This document shows, in pieces, positions 34,769 to 40,861 of a stretch of 40,861 nt of DNA. The notes beneath the pieces were generated by a model. The model saw only the letters and a program-made list of their open reading frames with translations, was not told the DNA's origin and ran no database searches. This DNA comes from a virus (taxonomy: Duplodnaviria > Caudoviricetes), in the IMG/VR virus record IMGVR_UViG_3300048575_000475, positions 1 through 40,861 of that record; one strand, written 5' to 3'. Each line of letters starts with the position of its first letter. Positions within the stretch are counted from its first letter, which is position 1. Both the position numbers and the translations under genes were made by a program.

Positions 34769-35340
34769 TGGCAGGGTGCACGATCATCTTCAGCAAGGAC
34801 AACGCCTCGCTGGCGATCGACGCCACCCTGGCCCAGGACCACGGCGCCAGCGGCGAGGCGACAAAGCACAAGGTCGAGACAGGCGCTGACATCAGCGACT
34901 ACATCAACCCGCAGCCGGACACGCTGACCCTCAGCGGGATCATCGCCGCCTACCCGATCCGGACGCCTCTCGACCTGCTGTCTCCGCCACTTGGCGCTCT
35001 CTTCGGCCAAGTGGCGGAGAAGAACACGCCAAACCGCCACGTCGAGGCCTATGACCGCATCAAGGATGCGATCGCCGATGGCGAGCTGGTGAGCGTGCTG
35101 ACCGGCCTGGAAATCTACGATGACATGGCCATCCTCAACATGGCGTCGCCGCGACGCCCTGAAACAGGGAATGACTTCGTCTTCACCCTCCAGCTGCAGA
35201 AGATGCGGTTCGCCACGTCGGAGACGGTCACGGTGCCGAAGGGAGCGATCGCCGCCGCATCCCTGCCGTTGGCGCAGAAAGCGTCACATCGGGGCAGGCG
35301 GCCTAAGAAGCCAGCTCGGCCCGGACTGGGGGTGCCGTAG
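34768..35340 (+). CDS. Baseplate Dit-like/tube initiator
   Basis: IDAT...H.VETGADISD...VLTGLEIYDDM. Confidence 0.8.
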   Translation: MAGCTIIFSKDNASLAIDATLAQDHGASGEATKHKVETGADISDYINPQPDTLTLSGIIAAYPIRTPLDLLSPPLGALFGQVAEKNTPNRHVEAYDRIKDAIADGELVSVLTGLEIYDDMAILNMASPRRPETGNDFVFTLQLQKMRFATSETVTVPKGAIAAASLPLAQKASHRGRRPKKPARPGLGVP

Positions 35341-35663
35341 TGGCCGTGTACGAATTGCCGATCGACTCGGCTGACCCGGCCTACGACGTCGACGCAGACA
35401 TGGGCGGGACGCTCTACCGGCTGGCGATCGCCTGGAACACACGGGGCAAGTACTGGACCCTGAGCATCAGCCTGACCGACGGCACGCTGCTCGTCGCCGG
35501 GATCAGGCTGGTTCCCGATTACGAGCTGCTTGCCCGGTTCAACGATGCCCGCCTGCCGGTTGGCCGGTTGGCCTGCGTCGACCTGACCGGACGGGGCGAT
35601 CCGCCGACATACGAGGACCTGGGTACCCGGGTGGTAATGGTGTACGACGATGGCCTCGCATGA
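35340..35663 (+). CDS. Baseplate plug-like protein
   Basis: WNTRGKYWTLSI...GIRLV. Confidence 0.75.
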   Translation: MAVYELPIDSADPAYDVDADMGGTLYRLAIAWNTRGKYWTLSISLTDGTLLVAGIRLVPDYELLARFNDARLPVGRLACVDLTGRGDPPTYEDLGTRVVMVYDDGLA

Positions 35664-36495
35664 GCTGTTCGGGCGCAAATGGCGGGTGACGATCGGGCCA
35701 CCCGGTGGGACCGGCAGGTCATGGTCGGACCTCGACATCCGGTTCCTCGTCGAGAAGTCGGGCGCCAGCACGCCAAACAAGCTCAAGCTCAGCATCTTCA
35801 ACCTCTCGAAGGACTCTCAGCAGTTCATCGAGAAGAAGGGGATGGCCGTCATCGTCGAGGCCGGCTACGGCGGCGAGTTCGGGCAGATCTTCACCGGCTC
35901 GCTGGAGCTCGCCAGCCACGAGAAGGGCGGCAACCACGGCCAGAAGAAGGGCGAGCGACTGAAGGACGGCCCTGACTGGCTGACGGAGATCGATGGCCTC
36001 GACGGAGCCAAGGCCTGGCGCACGGTGATGCACGAGAGCTTCGCCCCTGGTAAGACGGAGGCCGAGGTCCTGCGGGCGATCGCCAAGAAGATGGGCCTCA
36101 CGCTGGGCACGCTGAAGGGCCTGAGCGACGAGCCCTTCCGGCAGGGCCGGCAGCTGAGCGGCGCCGCCCGCTTCCAGCTCGATGCCCTTTGCAGGTCCCG
36201 GAAACTCCGCTGGTCGATGCAAGACGGTGTCCTGCAGGTCCTACGGCTTGGCGCCTCCACCGGCAGCGAGGCGGTCTTGCTGACTCCCGAAACCGGCCTG
36301 GTCGGGTCACCGGAACGGACGGAAACCGGGCTCAGGCTGACGAGCCTGCTGCGGCCGAGCATAAACCCGGGCCAGCTGGTCAAGGTCAAAAGCCAGGACA
36401 TCGACGGCCTGTACGTCGTCGAATGCCTGAAGCACGAGGGCGATAGTGCAGGTCAGCCCTGGTACACGCACATGGACGTCATCAAGGGGACCTGA
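35650..36495 (+). CDS. Baseplate hub
   Basis: IFNLS, EAGYG, WSMQDG, TGLVGSP, HEGDS. Confidence 0.85.
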   Translation: MASHELFGRKWRVTIGPPGGTGRSWSDLDIRFLVEKSGASTPNKLKLSIFNLSKDSQQFIEKKGMAVIVEAGYGGEFGQIFTGSLELASHEKGGNHGQKKGERLKDGPDWLTEIDGLDGAKAWRTVMHESFAPGKTEAEVLRAIAKKMGLTLGTLKGLSDEPFRQGRQLSGAARFQLDALCRSRKLRWSMQDGVLQVLRLGASTGSEAVLLTPETGLVGSPERTETGLRLTSLLRPSINPGQLVKVKSQDIDGLYVVECLKHEGDSAGQPWYTHMDVIKGT

Positions 36496-36497
36496 TC

Positions 36498-37223
36498 ATG
36501 GCTGACGCGGCGGTCGACATCGAGCGGGATCCAGACGAGTTCGAGGCGATCACGGCCGTCGTCGAGAGCATGCTGATGGAGGTGCACACCGCCATCCCCG
36601 GCATGATCGAGAAATGGGACGCCGCCACGCCTGGGGTCGCCGACGTCTCCGCTGTCATCCAGCGGGTGTACTACGGCGCCGGCGACGATGGCGAGGACCT
36701 GGTCGTCGACCAACCGGTGATCACCAACGCCCCGATCGCCTACCCGCGCGGCGGCGGCTTCGTCATCACGTGGCCGCTGCGGAAGGGTGACCCTGTCCTG
36801 CTGGTCTTCAGCCAGCGGTCCCTCGATGCGTACCTGGAGACGGACGGCAAGACGCACCACGACAGCGGCGACGACCGCAAGCACAACATCTCCGACGCCA
36901 TCATCATCCCTGGCTTGTCCACGACCAAGGCGCCGATCCCCATCGCCCACGCCACCGACCTGGTGCTCGGCCTCGAGGACGGGAGCGGCGAGCTGCACAT
37001 CAAACCCGATGGGTCGTTCCGGCTGGGGACAGGGGCGGCAGCGAAAGGCCTGGCGATCGGCGAGAAGGTGGATGCCAGGCTTTCAGCGCTCGAAGAGTTC
37101 GCCGCCACCCACATGCACCCGTCGGCAGCCCCGGGGCCGCCGAGCCCGGCAATCCTGCCCGACCCATTCATCCCGCCGGTCGGGGAGACCACGGCCAGCA
37201 CGAGGGTATTCAGCGATGCGTGA
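36498..37223 (+). CDS. Gp138-like membrane-puncturing spike
   Basis: HTAIPG, GDPVLLVFSQRSLD, RKHNISDA; C-terminal HMH metal motif. Confidence 0.88.
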   Translation: MADAAVDIERDPDEFEAITAVVESMLMEVHTAIPGMIEKWDAATPGVADVSAVIQRVYYGAGDDGEDLVVDQPVITNAPIAYPRGGGFVITWPLRKGDPVLLVFSQRSLDAYLETDGKTHHDSGDDRKHNISDAIIIPGLSTTKAPIPIAHATDLVLGLEDGSGELHIKPDGSFRLGTGAAAKGLAIGEKVDARLSALEEFAATHMHPSAAPGPPSPAILPDPFIPPVGETTASTRVFSDA

Positions 37224-37581
37224 TCTGAAACTAGATGCCAACGGGGACGTCGCCATCGAAAGCGGTGGCGGCGTTGTCGTTTCAGGGCGTGATGCCATCG
37301 CCCAGCGCCTGCGTGTCCGCCTGCGGATGTTTCGGGGCGAGTGGTACCTCGACGAGCGGCTCGGCATCGACTACTTCGGCCAGGTCCTCGTCAAGAGCCC
37401 CGACCTGCAGGTGGTCGCCTCGATCATCAGGCGGGCGATCCTCACGACCGAGGGCGTAATCCGCCTGACGTCCTACGCGCAATCTCTGGACAAGGGCTCT
37501 CGCCGCCTGTCTGTGACCTTCTCCGCCGTGACGACGACCGGCGAGCCGCTGACCATCACCGAGGAGGGCCTGGGGGCATGA
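37216..37581 (+). CDS. Baseplate wedge/gp25-like sheath initiator
   Basis: AIAQRLRVRLRMFRGEWYLD...GIDY. Confidence 0.85.
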   Translation: MRDLKLDANGDVAIESGGGVVVSGRDAIAQRLRVRLRMFRGEWYLDERLGIDYFGQVLVKSPDLQVVASIIRRAILTTEGVIRLTSYAQSLDKGSRRLSVTFSAVTTTGEPLTITEEGLGA

Positions 37582-38747
37582 CGACATACGGGTTGACCCC
37601 TGAGGGCTTCACGCGCAAGCGGCTCCCCGACATCCTGGACGAACTGAAGGCAGCCTATCGAGGCGCCTTCGGTGACGACGTGCTCGTCGACGGCGAGTCG
37701 GTCTTCGGCGAGCTCATCGGGATCAAGGCAGAGCCCCTGGCGAAGCTCTGGGAGCTGGCCGAATCGGTCTACCTGTCGGCATACCCGGACAGCGCCGAGG
37801 GCGTGCCGCTGGACAACGCCGTAGCGATCACCGGTCATGCCCGGCTCGCCGCTCGCTACTCGACGGCGACGGTGACCTGCGCGACGACTGGGGCGACCCC
37901 CGTTACGCTGCCGGTCGGGCGCCAGGTCAAGGTTCCGGGCACCGGGGCAACCTTCGAGACGCTGGCGAAGGCAATCATCCCCGCCGGCGGCAGCATCGAC
38001 GTCGACGTGAGGGGCATCGACACGGGCCCCCTCGAAGCGCCGTCAGGGACCATGACGGGGATCGTCACGCCGGTCTCTGGGTGGACCAGCGTCACCAACG
38101 CAGCGGACGCCATTGTGGGCCGGGACATCGAGACCGATGCCGCCCTGCGCATCCGCCGGGCTGATGAGCTGGCCACGGCCCAGGGCGGCACCATCGCCGC
38201 CATGGAGGCCCGCATCCCAGCGCTGGTGGATGGCGTCACGTTCTGCGCCGTCGACGAAAACCGCACGGATACGACCAACGGCGACGGACTGCCCCCTCAC
38301 AGCGTCCATGTCGTCGTCATCGGGGGCAGCGATGCCGACGTGGCGGCCGCCATCTGGCGGACCAAACCGGTCGGCGCCAACACCCACGGCGACGAGTCGG
38401 CGGTGATCGTCGACAGCGGCGGCAACAGCCAGACGATCTACTGGGACCGGGCGACTGTGGTCCGCATGTACCTGATCGTCAATGCCACCGTCGACGGGAC
38501 GTTCCCGTCCGACGGCGATGATCGGATCACGGCCCTGTTGGCTGCCTACGACGGCGACCTCAGCAACGGCGACGACGTCATCAACTGGCGGCTGATGGCC
38601 CAGCTCGACGGCATTCCGGGGATCACCGACCTGGAAATCCTGCAGGGCAAGAGCACCCCGCCAACACTCAGCAGCAACACGGCGATCGCCGCCAACGAGC
38701 GGGCCAGCATCGCCGCCGCCGACATCACCGTCAACACCAGCCCATAG
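37578..38747 (+). CDS. Baseplate J/gp47 protein
   Basis: YGLTPEGF, AEGVPLD, GRDIETDAALR, LPPHS. Confidence 0.92.
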   Translation: MTTYGLTPEGFTRKRLPDILDELKAAYRGAFGDDVLVDGESVFGELIGIKAEPLAKLWELAESVYLSAYPDSAEGVPLDNAVAITGHARLAARYSTATVTCATTGATPVTLPVGRQVKVPGTGATFETLAKAIIPAGGSIDVDVRGIDTGPLEAPSGTMTGIVTPVSGWTSVTNAADAIVGRDIETDAALRIRRADELATAQGGTIAAMEARIPALVDGVTFCAVDENRTDTTNGDGLPPHSVHVVVIGGSDADVAAAIWRTKPVGANTHGDESAVIVDSGGNSQTIYWDRATVVRMYLIVNATVDGTFPSDGDDRITALLAAYDGDLSNGDDVINWRLMAQLDGIPGITDLEILQGKSTPPTLSSNTAIAANERASIAAADITVNTSP

Positions 38748-38755
38748 GAGGGGTC

Positions 38756-38983
38756 ATGAGCGCCATCAACACACCGGGGCAGCTGCGGCTCACCCACACC
38801 ATCACCGTGGACAAGATCGATGCAGCCACGGGGCAACACGTCGGCCAGGTGACGCAGGCCAGCGTCATTGAGGGCCCCGCTGCCCTGCTGGCGTTCAACG
38901 AGGCTCGGGGGGCTCAGGGGCTGCCGCCCGTCACTGAGGACGAGGCCCGCCAGATGATCGACAACCAGACGGAGGACGAATAA
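38756..38983 (+). CDS. Small hypothetical protein
   Basis: AGGAGG RBS. Confidence 0.6.
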   Translation: MSAINTPGQLRLTHTITVDKIDAATGQHVGQVTQASVIEGPAALLAFNEARGAQGLPPVTEDEARQMIDNQTEDE

Positions 38984-39379
38984 ATGGCCGGTGGACTGAC
39001 GAACGCTTTTCTGACCGAGATGGCGAAGTGGGCGATTGCCGAGAGCGCCCCGACCCAGTGGAGCAACGCCAACGCCTATCTCGGCGTCGGCGACAGCAGC
39101 ACGGCCTATGCCGCAGCGCAGACCGACCTGCAGGCGTCGACGAACAAATTGCGCAAGGCCATGTACGACGGCACGTTCCCATCCCGTTCGGGGCTGGCGC
39201 TGACATTCAAGTCGAAGTTCCTGGCCGCCGAAGCCAATTTCGACTGGAACGAAGTCGCGTGTTTCAATGCCAGTAGCTCTGGGACCATGCTGTACCGCGA
39301 CGTGCTGACCTCGTTCTGGACGAAGCCAAACACGCAGGAATGGCATCTGACGAGCGTTCTGACCCTGTCGGCGGCGTAG
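38984..39379 (+). CDS. Tail fibre collar-like structural protein
   Basis: YLGVGDS...QTDLQA...EANFDWNE...GTML. Confidence 0.65.
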   Translation: MAGGLTNAFLTEMAKWAIAESAPTQWSNANAYLGVGDSSTAYAAAQTDLQASTNKLRKAMYDGTFPSRSGLALTFKSKFLAAEANFDWNEVACFNASSSGTMLYRDVLTSFWTKPNTQEWHLTSVLTLSAA

Positions 39380-39383
39380 GGGC

Positions 39384-40364
39384 ATGTCGTCGACGACGAT
39401 CAACGCATCGACGACTGGCTACGTCGATTACAGCGGGACAGGATACCCTCCGTCGTATAACGCTGCCATTGCCAACAACGATCCATACACATCCAGATCC
39501 AACACAGGATCAGGTCAGTATGACATTTGCGTCGGCCTATTGAATTTCAACACGTCCAGCTTGGGAGCAGGCGCCGTCGTGACGGCGGCTACGCTGAAAC
39601 TGTGGACCTACCTCCAAAATAATGCCGACAGTCTCAACCTCAACGCCGACTATTACAACTGGGGAGCATCACCGGATTCGACTGATTTTGCGAACCCGGT
39701 AGGCACTGATGCCGGGTCAAAGTCTCTTGCCACGCTGGCATATGGGGCATATACCAGCATCACGCTCGGGAATTTGTCAAATATCGACGTTTCCGGGACG
39801 ACGTACATCCGAATCGGCGTCAGCGGCGCGTCACCATCCGGGATGAACGACGTCATTACCTATGGGTATGACAAAGCTAACCCGCCGCAACTAGTTATCA
39901 CCTACACCGACCCGCCGGTCGCCAAGTCTCACAGCCTGACAGGCGGCATTGCCTGCAACATTGCGGAGTCGGTCACAGCGATCAACTCGCACGCCCTGTC
40001 AGCCGCGATGGCAGGCAGCACAGTGAACACCGTCGACTCTGTCACGGCCCACGCCCTCACCGCTGGCATTGCTGGAAGCATAGACGAGTCGGTCACCGCC
40101 CTGTCATCCCACACGCTGACGGCAGGCGTCGGTGCCAACGCATCCAACGACATCACCGCCCTGTCTGACCACGCCCTGGCGGCCGGCATCGCTGCCGAGG
40201 TCACCAACAGCGTCGAGGTACCCCGGTTGTCGGCCGTCACCGGGGGCATCGCTGCGGCGGTGGCCAACACCATCACGGCGACGACGACAGTGGTCCTGCC
40301 GATCGCCAAAATCGCCGACCACACGGCCCAGGCCCTTGACCGACTGGCGGAGCAGTTTCGCTGA
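39384..40364 (+). CDS. Adhesin-like protein: DNRLRE/CBM96-like beta domain, 20-aa repeat stalk and wedge-like C-terminal helix
   Basis: LLNFNTSSLGAGAVVTAATLKLW...NPPQLVITY; about six H-x-L-x-x-G-I repeats. Confidence 0.65.
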   Translation: MSSTTINASTTGYVDYSGTGYPPSYNAAIANNDPYTSRSNTGSGQYDICVGLLNFNTSSLGAGAVVTAATLKLWTYLQNNADSLNLNADYYNWGASPDSTDFANPVGTDAGSKSLATLAYGAYTSITLGNLSNIDVSGTTYIRIGVSGASPSGMNDVITYGYDKANPPQLVITYTDPPVAKSHSLTGGIACNIAESVTAINSHALSAAMAGSTVNTVDSVTAHALTAGIAGSIDESVTALSSHTLTAGVGANASNDITALSDHALAAGIAAEVTNSVEVPRLSAVTGGIAAAVANTITATTTVVLPIAKIADHTAQALDRLAEQFR

Positions 40365-40861
40365 TGGCTAAACCCAAACTCGGTGCGCTGATCACCGCAT
40401 TCACCGACCAGGTTCAGGCCCTGGAAACAGCCCTGTATGACATGATCCTCGGTCGCTCCGTAGGCTGGGCCACCGGGGCGACGCTGGACAAGGTCGGCGG
40501 CATGGTGGGCCGGCCCCGCCCGGCATACGGCCTGGCAGCGACCGACGACCGGGCGTACCGGGCCCTGATCTATGCCCAGATCATCGCCAATACCAGCCAC
40601 GGCACGCCGGAGACGGTCTACAGCCTGATGCGGTTGCTGGGGGCGACGGCAATCAGCCTGGCCGAACCAGGGGACTACGTCCTGATGATGCAGTTTTCCG
40701 GCGACATGCTGCTGGACGGCGCCGACATCCGGTCCGTCGTCGAACGGGCGACGCCGCCGGTCGAACTGATCGCCACGGAGTACGTCAGCGGGCCATTCGG
40801 CTTCGCCGATGACCCTGACACCCTTGGATTTGGAGACGGCCAACTGGCCAGGAGTATCTAG
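40364..40861 (+). CDS. Baseplate wedge protein (DUF2612-like)
   Basis: ATGATLDKVGGMVG.PR...DDRAYRALI...NTSHGT; FGF. Confidence 0.8.
   Translation: MAKPKLGALITAFTDQVQALETALYDMILGRSVGWATGATLDKVGGMVGRPRPAYGLAATDDRAYRALIYAQIIANTSHGTPETVYSLMRLLGATAISLAEPGDYVLMMQFSGDMLLDGADIRSVVERATPPVELIATEYVSGPFGFADDPDTLGFGDGQLARSI

Larger units (their letters stand above)
1..40861. mobile_element. Temperate myovirus-like prophage (partial; att sites, distal fibre and lysis genes not in window)
   Basis: Integrase, repressor/cro switch, replication, packaging, head and contractile tail modules in canonical order, with many TGATG/ATGA coupled genes. Confidence 0.95.

Noticed and set aside
38756-40861. Diversity-generating retroelement or invertible tail cassette
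   Set aside because: No reverse transcriptase, invertase or TR/VR repeat pair seen in the window

Overview
A GC-rich temperate phage (prophage) with a contractile tail. The window runs from the integrase start codon to a baseplate wedge gene. Gene order: tyrosine integrase; immunity region (ImmA/IrrE protease, cargo genes, XRE repressor, three-operator switch, Cro); AlpA; many small early genes; KTSC-Gam fusion, RecT/Bet, ASCH and DUF5131; DnaB-N/AAA_25 helicase with an internal iteron/palindrome origin; DNA methyltransferase; Cys-rich small genes; late regulator; TerS/TerL; DUF1073-type portal, minor head, Acb2/Tad1-like sponge, DUF2213, cement, DUF2184-type capsid, neck, DUF3383-type sheath, tube, frameshifted chaperone, tape measure and baseplate. 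No lysis genes, primase, exonuclease, SSB, tRNA or CRISPR array were recognised. Most notable observations: an orphan PycTM-like 3-TM gene convergent with an unannotated 38-aa Pro-rich peptide and preceded by a structured leader; a KTSC-Gam fusion; an Acb2/Tad1-like gene in the head operon; a domain shared by capsid cement and tail sheath; and a baseplate wedge gene apparently split so that its N-terminal helix ends the upstream adhesin-like protein. All family calls come from motif recognition by eye; no database searches were run.
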